Shown here: piece by piece, positions 9,394-20,308 of the stretch
Layout of the letters: every line of letters starts with the position of its first letter
Position numbering within the stretch: the stretch's first letter is position 1
DNA from: a virus
Length of the DNA: 64,000 bases
Virus genome (UHGV): UHGV-0023958
Strand: one strand, 5' to 3'
Made by a program: the position numbers and the translations under genes
Notes under the pieces: model-generated
Told to the model about the DNA's origin: nothing
The model's database searches: none
The model's input: the letters and a program-made list of their open reading frames with translations, nothing else

Positions 9394-10890
9394 ATGCAGA
9401 ACATTGATAGTGAAAAAATATATCAATATTATATTATTGAAAATCATTCTCGTCAAGAATCAGCTTCGATTTTTGGTATTTCGGAAAGCAAATTAAAAAA
9501 GATTTGCTCTGATAATGGTTGGAAGAAGGATAGAAAACTTCATAATCAAAATATTGGAAAATCGAAAGCTTATAAATTTGATAGAGTAAATGAATTAAAA
9601 CAATTATATATTGATGAAAATAAAACCAGAAAAGAAGTTTGCGAACGTCTTGGCTTGTCTCTTGCGGTATTTAAAAGGATTTGTCGTGAAAATGACATTG
9701 GAAAAACAGACGAAAATCGTATTTTTAATACAAACAAAACAATTTCAGAAAAATATGGCGAGAGTAATTTTGGGAAATTAACTTCAAGAGAAGAAATAAT
9801 TAACAAAAGAAAACAAACTAATTTGAAAAAATATGGGTGTGTTAACCCAACTCAAAACGAAAAAATTCAAGAAAAAATGAGGTTGTCTAATTTAAGAAGA
9901 TCACCAAATAAATCAAGTATTGGATTGACAATAGAAGAAGTCAATAACATTGTTTCTTCTAAAGATAGTTTTGAAAAATTTGTAAAAGATAGAGATGTTC
10001 ATACGACAGTTCAAATAGCAGAAATGCTTGGATATGGTCTTTCTGCAATAGAGCAATATATTGCTTTTTATAATTGTAGAGACTTAATAGATCCTATGAG
10101 TTCTGCGCCAGAACAGGAAGTAAGATTATTTATAGAATCTCTGGGTGTTAAAACAGAACATACCAGACAGATAATTCCACCTTATGAAATAGATATTTAT
10201 TGTCCAGATTATAAAGTCGGAATTGAATTCAACGGAACGTATTGGCACTCTTCTTTGAGAAAACAAAAATCTTATCATGAAGATAAAGCGAAAGCCGCTG
10301 AAAGAGCAGGTATTCGTTTGATACAAATTTATCAATATCAATGGGAAGATGAAAATTTAAGAGAAATACTTAAATCTGTTTTGAAAATTACATTCGGCAA
10401 AGTTGATTCTCGTATTTATGCAAGAAATTGTGAAGTTAGAGAAATAACAAACGAAATTGCAAAACCTTTCAATAATAAAAATCATCTTCAAGGGCATAGA
10501 AATGCAGCAATAACCTATGGTTTATATCATAATAATGAACTTGTTCAACTTATGAGTTTTTCTAGACATAATAAATATGAATGGGAAATCATCAGAGGTT
10601 GTCCTGGTTCTAATAATGTTGTTGTTGGCGGAGTTTCAAAACTCTTTAAACATTTTATAAAAAATTATAATCCAAATCAAGTATTCAGTTATTGTGATTT
10701 TAATACTTTTGACGGAAAAGGATATGAAGCAATCGGGATGAAGTTTATTGGATATACCGGTCCAGATTTGCGATGGATTATTAACGGCGATGTTAAGCAT
10801 CGTAGTCCGTCACACCATAAAGAATATAAAGAAAACGCAGAAGCCGTTATATGGGGCGCGGGCTCTAAAAAATATTTATGGACAAAATAA
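9394..10890 (+). CDS. DNA-binding protein with a C-terminal DUF559/Vsr-like (PD-(D/E)xK superfamily) endonuclease domain. It looks like a freestanding homing-endonuclease-like moron.
   Basis: …YEIDIYCPDYKVGIEFNGTYWHS…HEDKAKAAERAGIRLIQIYQY matches the DUF559 pattern (xIVDFYCP…EVDGxxH…D..R…L…G..VLR). Two HTH-like repeats sit at the N-terminus. The gene has its own promoter and terminator. Confidence 0.5.
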   Translation: MQNIDSEKIYQYYIIENHSRQESASIFGISESKLKKICSDNGWKKDRKLHNQNIGKSKAYKFDRVNELKQLYIDENKTRKEVCERLGLSLAVFKRICRENDIGKTDENRIFNTNKTISEKYGESNFGKLTSREEIINKRKQTNLKKYGCVNPTQNEKIQEKMRLSNLRRSPNKSSIGLTIEEVNNIVSSKDSFEKFVKDRDVHTTVQIAEMLGYGLSAIEQYIAFYNCRDLIDPMSSAPEQEVRLFIESLGVKTEHTRQIIPPYEIDIYCPDYKVGIEFNGTYWHSSLRKQKSYHEDKAKAAERAGIRLIQIYQYQWEDENLREILKSVLKITFGKVDSRIYARNCEVREITNEIAKPFNNKNHLQGHRNAAITYGLYHNNELVQLMSFSRHNKYEWEIIRGCPGSNNVVVGGVSKLFKHFIKNYNPNQVFSYCDFNTFDGKGYEAIGMKFIGYTGPDLRWIINGDVKHRSPSHHKEYKENAEAVIWGAGSKKYLWTK

Positions 10891-10913
10891 AACTTAAAAA
10901 TATTAAGTTTTTT

Positions 10914-10940
10914 CAACCGCATGAAGCGGTTGTTTTTATT
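10914..10940 (+). terminator. Rho-independent terminator: 7-bp stem CAACCGC/GCGGTTG, loop ATGAA, then a T-run.
   Basis: Read from the sequence directly after the endonuclease gene. Confidence 0.5.
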
Positions 10941-10963
10941 TGATTAAAAGGAGATTAAAAGTT

Positions 10964-11689
10964 ATGGCATACGTTAAAAAAACTGCTGTTGCAGAAGATT
11001 CAAATGTAGAGGAAAATGTAGAGGTTGCTGCTCAACCCGCAACTGTTGCAGATGATAAAGATGCAAAGATTGCTGCACTTGAAGCGTCGCTTGCGCAAAT
11101 GCAGGAATTTATGAAAGTAATGATGGCGAATATGAACAATAAACCGACGGAAACAAATAGTGCAAAAGATGCGCTGTTCCGTTACGTTACGGTTGTTCAC
11201 CTCGTCGATAGAGCACCTGGACTTTCCACTCATATTGAACTTTCTAATGGCGTTATTCTCGACTTTAGAACGTTCGGTGAAGAACACACGTTTACTGTTC
11301 AGCAAGCCGAAGAGCTTGCAAGCAAATATCGTTCTTGGTTTGATCTCGGTATTTTTGCGTTTGGCGCAGACGCCGATGATCTTGCGAAGAGATTAAATCT
11401 TAAAACAGTTACTCAATATTCGTTTGCTGGATCTGATTTCTTGGATAGACTTCCTGAACTCGACCTTTATCAGTTAAAGGCACTTTGGGATAAGATGGGA
11501 CAGGGACACAGAGAATTTTTGATTGAATATTTTAAGAGAAAGATTCTTGCAAAAGTTCCTGCTTTTGACGATATTGATAAAATTGAGCTTTTAAATAGAT
11601 TGAGCAATGGCGGTATGGAAGGGGTTCTTCTTGACAGAAAGAACGCGGCAATTAAAGCAGAGGAAGCCTCTAAAAAACGCGTTAAATAA
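10964..11689 (+). CDS. hypothetical structural protein (head-tail joining module)
   Basis: AAAAGGAGA site and ATG at 10964, TAA stop. Confidence 0.5.
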   Translation: MAYVKKTAVAEDSNVEENVEVAAQPATVADDKDAKIAALEASLAQMQEFMKVMMANMNNKPTETNSAKDALFRYVTVVHLVDRAPGLSTHIELSNGVILDFRTFGEEHTFTVQQAEELASKYRSWFDLGIFAFGADADDLAKRLNLKTVTQYSFAGSDFLDRLPELDLYQLKALWDKMGQGHREFLIEYFKRKILAKVPAFDDIDKIELLNRLSNGGMEGVLLDRKNAAIKAEEASKKRVK

Positions 11690-11724
11690 CAAATAATAAT
11701 ACATTAAAAAGGGAGGCATCGTAT

Positions 11725-12423
11725 ATGCTTTTATTTTCTACAATTTATGACAAAGCAGTTCACTCATTCGATGATCCCGAAATCAATCGTGCTTATGTTC
11801 AAAATAAGATAAGATTTCAAAAGTTAATGTATCCGTATTTGGTAAACGGTATAGATTTTTTTCATAGCCCCTCAAAACTTGTGATGGCACTTGGGGATAT
11901 TGAGCCTCCAAAAGGCGATTACGAAACGTTTGAAGGAAATGGTAGCGATACGTATGCTACAACTATTTCGCCTTTAGACAATTCCGAATTTCTTTTTTCG
12001 ATTGATAATGTAATTGATGAGAAAGCTGTGTATGACGCTGAAAACAAAACGGTTAAATTTTCGAGAGAAGTTTTAACTGGTGAAACCGCAATGGTTCAGT
12101 GGTATTTCTGCGGTCAGTTTAATACAGATTTTTCATCTTGCGCGACATCAAATTGTCCCGCTGATTATATTGCCGATAAGATACTTGGTATTTTGTCGAA
12201 TTGTTGCGTTCTCGCAAGATCCGACCTCGAAAAGAATACGATACTCGAAATTAAAAATATATTAACAGACACAGACTTTAAGATTTACAGTCCAGCGAAT
12301 TCTGTTCGCGCAAAAGTGGATTGGAACAAACATATTCGTTATGAGGTAGATACGCTTCAAAGCGAATTAAGTTGGGGCTTGTACGCTCGTCGGTGGCACG
12401 GAGGTAATTTCTATGGAAATTGA
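11725..12423 (+). CDS. hypothetical structural protein
   Basis: GGGAGG site; TGA stop overlapping the next start. Confidence 0.5.
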   Translation: MLLFSTIYDKAVHSFDDPEINRAYVQNKIRFQKLMYPYLVNGIDFFHSPSKLVMALGDIEPPKGDYETFEGNGSDTYATTISPLDNSEFLFSIDNVIDEKAVYDAENKTVKFSREVLTGETAMVQWYFCGQFNTDFSSCATSNCPADYIADKILGILSNCCVLARSDLEKNTILEIKNILTDTDFKIYSPANSVRAKVDWNKHIRYEVDTLQSELSWGLYARRWHGGNFYGN

Positions 12424-12736
12424 TGGAAGTATCTCTTTGTCAACTGAAGCAAAAATTAATTATCTTGAAGGATTACGCGGGCAAATGATTAAAGTGTTAC
12501 ACTTAATTGAAGAACAAAAAGATACTGGTTATTCGCCAGAACTTTTTATTCTTGGCAGACTTTTTGAGTTAAATTCTGCTAATGATTTGTTTGATGGAAA
12601 GCTTGTTAATATTATTGTTAAATTAAACGGAATTGTTTCCAACTATGAAAACTTGTCTTTTGCCGAAATTAAGAGACAAATTTTTGAAATTAAGAAGAAT
12701 ATAAACTTCCTTTTAAAAGAATTGAAAGGGAGGTGA
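12413..12736 (+). CDS. hypothetical structural protein
   Basis: GGAGG site; overlaps the previous stop in a coupled arrangement. Confidence 0.45.
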   Translation: MEIDGSISLSTEAKINYLEGLRGQMIKVLHLIEEQKDTGYSPELFILGRLFELNSANDLFDGKLVNIIVKLNGIVSNYENLSFAEIKRQIFEIKKNINFLLKELKGR

Positions 12737-12742
12737 TTTGTT

Positions 12743-13885
12743 ATGATAATGGATAATTCCAATGTAAAAGATCCTTATTATCTTATAACACAAACACCGC
12801 CTAATCTTGTAAAGGATAATTATTATCTTCATGAATTACAAGAAAAGGTTGATGCCGATTGGGAGTATAGACCAAATCGCGTATGGATAGAAAAAGAAGA
12901 TGGTATCGGAGTTGAAAAATATAGTCCGATTGAAGTTGTTATACAGACAGTAAAAAATGATAAAGGCGAGGTCGTTTCTGATGATTGGAGAAATATTGTA
13001 TTCAGAGACATAAAATATCCGCACAGAATCGGCATGCGTTATCGTTTTTCTTATGAGTTTGATTTAAAAGAGCCAGATATCGATAAAAGTATTTGGATTG
13101 CTTTAAATCAAAACAGTGTTAATCCAACAGCTTCGCAGGTTATTTGTCGATGTAATGGTACTATTAAAAGCATTTGGGAGGATCGTGGAAACGGCGGAAA
13201 AACCTCTGTTCACGAGGAACCCGTTATCCAAACAACCAAACTTACTTCGGCGAACTTTTTATATAATGAAGTTGCGGTTGATCCTAAGGGACAATTAACA
13301 ATTATAGCGCAACACAATAAATATACGGAACAATATTACATTAACCAGAGATTTGTTATTGGATATGACAGAGTTTATAAAGTTACTAATATCATAAAGA
13401 CAGATTCGCTTGCTACTTATAAAGCGAAAGATGTCGGCGTGATGAGAATTTATCTTGAAATGGATCAAATCGGTGAACTTGACGATATGGAAAATAGATT
13501 GGCTTATAACGGAAGACATGAAGAACCTACACCTTCTGAAACGGACGGTAATTATGAACTTGTACTTGTGAAGCCAGAATCTATTCCGACCACTTTCGAC
13601 GAGATTGAGGTTAAAGCGCAGGTATTGATCGACGGTAATCCAAGTGTAAATGATAAACCAATATTTAATATCGAAATTAAAGATATTAATCCAGATGTAA
13701 CGTATGAGTACGAATTGAATAAATTCTGTTCTTATATTTATGATGAAGAAACTGATACATATACAATTATAAAGAATGAAGGCTTGGTGGATTTAAGAAG
13801 AAAAGTTGTTGTGACATTTACTTTTACTCCGCCAGAAAAAGAAGAACTCAAAGTTTCATTTGATCTTTCTTTGCGTCCCTTCTAA
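12743..13885 (+). CDS. hypothetical structural protein (380 aa)
   Basis: GGGAGG site, TAA stop. Confidence 0.5.
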   Translation: MIMDNSNVKDPYYLITQTPPNLVKDNYYLHELQEKVDADWEYRPNRVWIEKEDGIGVEKYSPIEVVIQTVKNDKGEVVSDDWRNIVFRDIKYPHRIGMRYRFSYEFDLKEPDIDKSIWIALNQNSVNPTASQVICRCNGTIKSIWEDRGNGGKTSVHEEPVIQTTKLTSANFLYNEVAVDPKGQLTIIAQHNKYTEQYYINQRFVIGYDRVYKVTNIIKTDSLATYKAKDVGVMRIYLEMDQIGELDDMENRLAYNGRHEEPTPSETDGNYELVLVKPESIPTTFDEIEVKAQVLIDGNPSVNDKPIFNIEIKDINPDVTYEYELNKFCSYIYDEETDTYTIIKNEGLVDLRRKVVVTFTFTPPEKEELKVSFDLSLRPF

Positions 13886-13897
13886 AGGTGGTGTGAT

Positions 13898-14566
13898 ATG
13901 ATGCCAATGAATATGTCGGGAGACGGCAATGCGTATAATCGTTTTGTAAATCTGGATAATATTGAATATAGAATAGTTAATTATCTTGCAAAAAGCAAAA
14001 CGAAATATGCAAATAATTTATGGAAAATATTAAAATATGATACTGAAGATTGTTTAAGTCTTCCAGATGTTTCGTATAAAGATAGAATGGCGTTGTTATA
14101 TAAAAACAATGGGGATTCAACGCAATTTAGAGTATTTTTAACCCCATTTACGGATGACGGTTGGGATGTTCAATGCAGTCATCTGCATATTTTTGTACAT
14201 TCGGTTGTTCCTCAAAACCATATTACCTCGAAGGTAAATATTGGTATTGAGACTATTGTTCATAATAAGATTTCTAATATTTTAGGCGATGCACAAAACG
14301 AAGATGGAAATCCTTCTGAATTAGACGAAGAAGGTAATCCAGTAATAATTTATAAAAACAGAGCTTCGACAATGTTGAAAAGTATTCTTGCTGATATTAA
14401 CGGGCAAATGGTTGCTGGTGTTGGTATGTTACAATTCAATACACAGCTCCACGCAGAAGATGTGGCAAGAATGTCTCTTTGGAACGCTCGTAAATTCTAC
14501 GGGTTTTCCACGGTTGTTTCAACGTTGCTTTCTGGTGCATCTGCGAATTCGGGGTGTGGTTATTAA
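13898..14566 (+). CDS. hypothetical structural protein
   Basis: AGGTGGTG site. Confidence 0.5.
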   Translation: MMPMNMSGDGNAYNRFVNLDNIEYRIVNYLAKSKTKYANNLWKILKYDTEDCLSLPDVSYKDRMALLYKNNGDSTQFRVFLTPFTDDGWDVQCSHLHIFVHSVVPQNHITSKVNIGIETIVHNKISNILGDAQNEDGNPSELDEEGNPVIIYKNRASTMLKSILADINGQMVAGVGMLQFNTQLHAEDVARMSLWNARKFYGFSTVVSTLLSGASANSGCGY

Positions 14567-15486
14567 TGGCACAAATTCCAGAAAGTGAAAAGAAAATATT
14601 AGAAGAAATCAATTATTATAAAGATAAATATTTTACGTATGACGATCCAATTCCGTTTCACGGGTTGACTATTTATCCTGTAACTATGCGCAATTATCAA
14701 CAATTTATGGTTTCTACTGCTTGTCTGACTTTAAATAAAAACGATGATATATATGGTTTGAAATATACCAACCTTGAATATCTTATGAATAAATTAAAGG
14801 ATGATAAAGAAGGACCAGAAATGTCATTGAGATTAACTCAAATCGTGGAATTATGTTTGCACGTAAAAAATGGATTAAAGTGTGATAAATGCGGAAAGAT
14901 TATGACTTATGAAGAGTTTTTCCCAAAATATCAAGCTGCAAAAACAGACGAAGAAAGATTAAAAACATTAACTTGTGAGTGTGGTGGAAATTTTCACGAA
15001 GTTGTTAAATTTAAACAGGACGAAGAAACAAAAAGATATAATCTTATAATTGATGGAGTTGAACTTGACAACGAAAAGTTTAACAGATTGAGAAAGATTA
15101 TTATGTATCAAAATCTTCCAGATTTTAAAGATGATTCTTGGGTTGATAAGGCTATACGAAAAGACCAGGAAGAAAGGCAAAAACTTATGTCGAAAGGGCA
15201 AGGAACTGCAAGTACCGAAAGGAAAATGTTGTGTCTTGTCGCTAAAACAAATTATAAATTGGAAGATGTTTATGATATGCCGATTAGGAAATTCTTAAAA
15301 CTTCTTGATGTCGTTAATGATGCAATGGAGTATGAGACAACTAAAATCGGATTAATGACTGGTATGGTTTCGCTTAAAAAAGGTGAGACTATCGAACATT
15401 GGATTTACAAGAAAGACAATGGCATGTATGGAAGTGCTGTTGATGCCGATTCGCTTATCAATAAGATAAACGGAAAGGGTATGTAA
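14566..15486 (+). CDS. hypothetical structural protein with a Cys4 zinc ribbon (CDKCGK…CECGG).
   Basis: ATG at 14566 overlaps the previous TAA (TAATG). Confidence 0.5.
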   Translation: MAQIPESEKKILEEINYYKDKYFTYDDPIPFHGLTIYPVTMRNYQQFMVSTACLTLNKNDDIYGLKYTNLEYLMNKLKDDKEGPEMSLRLTQIVELCLHVKNGLKCDKCGKIMTYEEFFPKYQAAKTDEERLKTLTCECGGNFHEVVKFKQDEETKRYNLIIDGVELDNEKFNRLRKIIMYQNLPDFKDDSWVDKAIRKDQEERQKLMSKGQGTASTERKMLCLVAKTNYKLEDVYDMPIRKFLKLLDVVNDAMEYETTKIGLMTGMVSLKKGETIEHWIYKKDNGMYGSAVDADSLINKINGKGM

Positions 15487-15500
15487 TTACATTAAAAATA

Positions 15501-15535
15501 AACTCCGTTAAATGGTCAACGGGGTTGTTTTTATA
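15501..15535 (+). terminator. Rho-independent terminator: 9-bp stem AACTCCGTT/AACGGGGTT followed by a T-run.
   Basis: Read from the sequence. Confidence 0.4.
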
Positions 15536-15567
15536 TAAAAACAAAATCATTTAAAGGAGAAAATATT

Positions 15568-16626
15568 ATGGGAAAAAGATTTTTAGCTTCCGTTGCTAAC
15601 GTTGAACTTTTCGAAAAAAAGAACGGCGTATTAACCCACTTTGCTTCCGCTAAAACTCTTACCGATTCCGCGTTCGGCTTCACCCTTTCAATGGAAGAAG
15701 TTCGTGCTGGTCAGGGCGGTAAGCTTTATGGTCGTTTTGCTCACACTTCTGGTATGACATTCACAATGACCGATGCAATGTTTGATATCGACTATATTCG
15801 TGCTCTTATCGGCGCAGAAAAATCACTCGGCGGTTCTGTTCTTTATACAGAAGAGCTTGCTGGTGGTGCTAAAACTGCTCTTAGCAAGACTCCCGTTGGT
15901 ATGGGCAGCCTTTGCGGTATGGATGGTAAAATTGCTTGGGGACATGTTGCTGATTGCGAAGGCGAGGGCGATGATGAAGCATTTGAAATTGATGCGCAAA
16001 ATCAGATTGATTTGACGAATTATACAGGCAAAAAGGTCTGCGTAACATATTTTGTTCAGGATCCTTCCGCGACTCTTATGAAGATCAAAGCGAAGTTCAT
16101 TCCAGCTGAACTTGTTGCAATCGCAACAGTTCAGGAATTCGCTGGTGATGCTTCTGCTCCCGAATCTGGTAAACCCGCTGGTGAACTCGTTATCAAGATT
16201 CCTCGCTTCCAGCTTGATGGACAGTTTGATCTTACACTGAATATGACTTCTGCGGCTTCTATCGCTCTTAACGGTACAGCTCTTGCTGTTTCCAGCGGTG
16301 ATTGCAGCGGTGAAGACTATTATGCTGAAATCGTTGAAAAAGTTGATGGTGCGGATTGGAGAGCCAACCTTAAGGATATCGTTATCGATCCCGAACACCT
16401 TAAAGCTGGTGAAGCACCTGTTGTATTCGGAATTTCTAACAACGGTTCGATTTTCTTGATTCCTAATGAAAACATTGAGAAACAAGAAACGACCGCTGGT
16501 GAGAAGAACGGGTTCACGAATTATGCTGATGGTACGTGGACGGCTGCTGCTGAGGCAACTGTTACAATTTACAAAGCGGATGGTTCAGAGCTTTTGAAAG
16601 AAACCGCTACTATTACAGCTGCGTAA
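15568..16626 (+). CDS. Putative major tail (tube) protein (352 aa).
   Basis: AAAGGAGA site, GC-enriched highly biased codons, size appropriate for a tube protein, and a strong terminator downstream. Confidence 0.4.
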   Translation: MGKRFLASVANVELFEKKNGVLTHFASAKTLTDSAFGFTLSMEEVRAGQGGKLYGRFAHTSGMTFTMTDAMFDIDYIRALIGAEKSLGGSVLYTEELAGGAKTALSKTPVGMGSLCGMDGKIAWGHVADCEGEGDDEAFEIDAQNQIDLTNYTGKKVCVTYFVQDPSATLMKIKAKFIPAELVAIATVQEFAGDASAPESGKPAGELVIKIPRFQLDGQFDLTLNMTSAASIALNGTALAVSSGDCSGEDYYAEIVEKVDGADWRANLKDIVIDPEHLKAGEAPVVFGISNNGSIFLIPNENIEKQETTAGEKNGFTNYADGTWTAAAEATVTIYKADGSELLKETATITAA

Positions 16627-16664
16627 TCTAAAATAAAAATTTAAAACGTTGAAATACGTTTTGC

Positions 16665-16700
16665 GAGATGGGGTTGAAAAATACCCCATCTCTTTTTAAC
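16665..16700 (+). terminator. Rho-independent terminator: perfect 10-bp stem GAGATGGGGT/ACCCCATCTC, then TTTTT.
   Basis: Read from the sequence. Confidence 0.6.
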
Positions 16701-16853
16701 TATTTAAAAATGTGAATAAAAGCATTTTTTTATTGTTAAAAATATGGCAGTTTTTCGTATATTTTTCACAAAAACATACGACCATTTTTGTGCAATTTGC
16801 ACAAAAGAACTATTTATAAAAACCAATAATTTTAATTAAAAAGGAGGCTCTAT

Positions 16854-18179
16854 ATGATCTCATTATTAGAAAGCGCGAAACTTGCTGATGGACGTAATAT
16901 TTTAAATTTTTCTGTTGACACGGTGGACGAACTTGCTTTGCTTCCGTCTGGCGGTGCCAAGTGGGAAAGTATGGGGCACGACTACGGTGTTCCTGCGGTC
17001 GGATCAACGGCAACATTAGAAGATACTGGTGAAACTTATTATCTCAACAAATATTTGCAATGGGAGTTGGTTGGAAAAGGAGAGGTTTTAAGTTCTGTTT
17101 ATTATGTTGCTGTTGAAGAAGCGCAAGACGGTAATTACTATTCCAATTATACTTTTACCGAAATCAAGAATTATTATGAAGAGGGAAATGGAATTTATTT
17201 AAAAAACGGAGAAGATATTTACATTCTTTCTTATATTAACGATCTTTCCGCTCAATTTGTCCAAATTTATAATCATAACGGAGTAAGAGCACAGTCTTTT
17301 ATATTCTCCCTTGTTGACGGAGAATTAATCATTACAAAACACGATTTATCATTTGGTTTACTCCATGTTCCCACGAGCGCAGATTATACTTATGGACAAA
17401 CAACCGTTACTTATGATACCACAGACGGCATTACTATTCACGGAAAAACCAAATTCGTAAATACGGTTGGAGAAGATACTTTTGATTCTAGTATTGAAAT
17501 TCCTATTCAAGGAAAAGATGGAATAACCATTGATAAAGACTCAGATACTGAATTTGTAAACATTCGTGGCGCGAAAGCAGTTATTCTCGATGCACTTCCA
17601 ACAGCTAAAAACGGTACGATTACAGAAGCTCAACTTGCAGAGTTACAAGCATCAACGAGTAATTATATTATGTTTAATAACAAAAAATATACTTATGTTG
17701 ATGAAAGTACAGAGGAAGGATATATTAAATATTCTCTTCTCGATTATGAAAACAATGATGCAGTTATTAAAGTAATCTCGGTTACAATAAATACTCTTTC
17801 TTGGGTATTGAATACTAAGAGCGGTATTGCGACAAAAGAAGATATTCACAGTACAATGGAAGATCCTACGAGCTTCAAAACTCTTTTTGGAAACCAAAAT
17901 ATTGTCGGTAATGGAAATATTGATATTTACGAACACGATATTGTTATTTCTGGTGAAAATATCAAAGCGTTTTTTACCGTATATTCAAGCAAAAATACAA
18001 AAGTAGATAGCCTTAACGACTTAAAATTAATTTGCGGAGATAAATTTACAAAATCTTGCACTGGTTATGTCGATAGCACGGCAGTAATGGCTATTACTGA
18101 ATTAAAATTGTTGAAAATTAATGGAACGGACTAGTTGTTAACGGGTGTTATATTCGATGATGATGTAACAACGATTTAA
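16854..18179 (+). CDS. hypothetical tail protein with an in-frame TAG at 18132.
   Basis: AAGGAGG site. A frame extending 15 codons past the TAG ends at TAA 18177-18179, directly ahead of the next gene's ribosome-binding site. Confidence 0.5.
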
Positions 18180-18190
18180 GGAGGTAAAAT

Positions 18191-18787
18191 ATGGCTATTG
18201 ATATTGTTGCCAGAGCGTTGGCAGTTTCTGGAAAACAAAATTTAGGTAATTATTATACGAAGACTGAATCCGATGGAAGATATGTAAAACAATCAACACA
18301 AGATATTAGTCTTGTTTACGGAAGAACTAATAATGCTGAAGTTACGATAAAATATGCTGGATATCCAGAAGGTAATTCTATTCCATTAAGACTTGCAAAT
18401 GGACGATTACAAGTTATGGATCCCACAGAAGATTTAGATGCTGTAAACAAGCAATATGGCGAGAATAATTATTATCAAGTAACAAAAGGAACAGATATTC
18501 CTGAAAATGCAGATTTGAATAATTATACAACACCCGGCACCTATCAAGCACCTAACGATCCTACTGGAAAGACTATTAAAAATACTCCATATAACTATGC
18601 TTTTAAACTGATTGTTGAGAATTTCTCTAGTTATTTAATACAAAGAGTATTTGGTCAAGGTAAAGATCAGTTATGGCAAAGGGTGAAAACTGGTGGTACA
18701 TGGTCTGATTGGGTTAAATTAGCAACAACTTCTTACGTTGATAATAAAACAGCAGTTTTAATAGATAATTCTTTATTAGGAGCATGA
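18191..18787 (+). CDS. tail-fibre-associated protein
   Basis: AAGGAGG site. The C-terminal motif W..W…ATT.YV.NK.AV is shared with the fibre gene at 20309-22048. Confidence 0.5.
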   Translation: MAIDIVARALAVSGKQNLGNYYTKTESDGRYVKQSTQDISLVYGRTNNAEVTIKYAGYPEGNSIPLRLANGRLQVMDPTEDLDAVNKQYGENNYYQVTKGTDIPENADLNNYTTPGTYQAPNDPTGKTIKNTPYNYAFKLIVENFSSYLIQRVFGQGKDQLWQRVKTGGTWSDWVKLATTSYVDNKTAVLIDNSLLGA

Positions 18788-18791
18788 TATT

Positions 18792-20267
18792 ATGGCATAT
18801 AAGAAATGTTTAATAGCTACTACTAAGAATTTATTTGATATAAGTAAAGCTACTAAATTGCAGAATTCTTCGTTTAAAGATGCAGCAACAGACAAATATA
18901 CAATAATCTCTAACGGATATGAGACTACATTGACTAGTTATCAAAATGGAATATATGGAACAAACGTTGGGGTTAATCTTAATGCAGGAACTTACACGTA
19001 CAGTGCTAATGTAGAAAGCGAATTAGGAAAAATATCTATTGTAATATATACTTCTAGCAAAGTGATTTATTCAGGTGATAATATATCAGTAATAAATAAT
19101 GAAGTATATAGGAGTTTTACATTAGAAACAGATTCTACAGTTTACTTTGGGTTGGTAGAAACAGGAAATTCTTCTCATACATCTGCAAAATGTACAGTAA
19201 CAAATATTCAACTTGAGAAAGGATCAACTGCAACCTCTTATGTGCCCTATGGTTATCTTCCTTCCTATAAAAAGATAATTAAAGTAAATAATAATCCTGT
19301 TCAGTTATTAGATAAGAGCAAATATGAATCCTCTTTAACTAGGAATGGTATAACATTCACCAATAATAATGATGGAACAGTCACTGCTAATGGAACTGCG
19401 ACAGCTAATGCAGATTTTGGGTTATTTGGTTCTGAATACAATTATACAGAGAAACTTTTAGACGGAAAGTACCTAATATTAGGATGTCCATCTAATGGCG
19501 GTGAGAATAGTTATAAAATATATATACAAGGCAACTATGAATCCTCATATACGCCTACTGCGACAGATACAGGCTCAGGTGCGTTTATGAATTATTCTTC
19601 AAATTCTTATCCAAATAGGAAATTCGGTTGTTGGATAAGAATTTCTTCTGGCTACACAGTGAATAATCTTATATTTAAACCTCAACTTTTTAATCTTACC
19701 ACAATGTATGGCGCAGGACACGAACCCACTACAGTAGAACAATTTAGAGTAAAATATCCAAATGATTATTATGAATATAATCCTAGTCAATATTTAATTT
19801 CTTATAGGAAGAATTTAATTACTGATGGTAGTAGCAAGAATTTGTTTGATATAAGTAAGTTTGTAGGAAAAGTAGGAAATACAGGTGTTGTAGAAAATAA
19901 TACCATATATTCATATTTTTATCCAGAGATAGTTATTGATATGGCTTGTTTAAATATATTTAAGAGTTTAAAGCCAGACACAAGCTACACTATTTCAGCA
20001 ATCAATGGTAATTATATTGGTGATGGCACAAATGAAATTACTTTATTTTTTTCAGATAATTCTACTAAAAAGATTTTTAGTAATTATAATAGCGAAGGTG
20101 GTTATGCAAGTAATACATTTTCATTAACTTCTGATCAAATATCAAAATTAACACGAATTTATTTTTATGGCAGACCAAAAGAACAAGGTGGACCTAGCTC
20201 TTGGAGAAATATTCAACTTGAAGAAGGAAATGCTGCCACTTCCTACGTACCTTATCAATACTTATAA
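18792..20267 (+). CDS. tail fibre / receptor-binding protein
   Basis: Repeated domain-junction motifs (IQLEKGSTATSYVPY; KPQLFNLTTMYGAGHEPTTVEQF). No TAG. Confidence 0.5.
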   Translation: MAYKKCLIATTKNLFDISKATKLQNSSFKDAATDKYTIISNGYETTLTSYQNGIYGTNVGVNLNAGTYTYSANVESELGKISIVIYTSSKVIYSGDNISVINNEVYRSFTLETDSTVYFGLVETGNSSHTSAKCTVTNIQLEKGSTATSYVPYGYLPSYKKIIKVNNNPVQLLDKSKYESSLTRNGITFTNNNDGTVTANGTATANADFGLFGSEYNYTEKLLDGKYLILGCPSNGGENSYKIYIQGNYESSYTPTATDTGSGAFMNYSSNSYPNRKFGCWIRISSGYTVNNLIFKPQLFNLTTMYGAGHEPTTVEQFRVKYPNDYYEYNPSQYLISYRKNLITDGSSKNLFDISKFVGKVGNTGVVENNTIYSYFYPEIVIDMACLNIFKSLKPDTSYTISAINGNYIGDGTNEITLFFSDNSTKKIFSNYNSEGGYASNTFSLTSDQISKLTRIYFYGRPKEQGGPSSWRNIQLEEGNAATSYVPYQYL

Positions 20268-20308
20268 AAAATTGTATATATAAATGAAAAGCAAAAGGAG
20301 GCTTTAGA

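Noticed and set aside
15823-16485. 220-aa minus-strand ORF
   Set aside because: It lies entirely inside the strongly codon-biased + strand gene at 15568-16626 and has no ribosome-binding site. It is an artefact of stop-poor antisense sequence in a GC-enriched gene.
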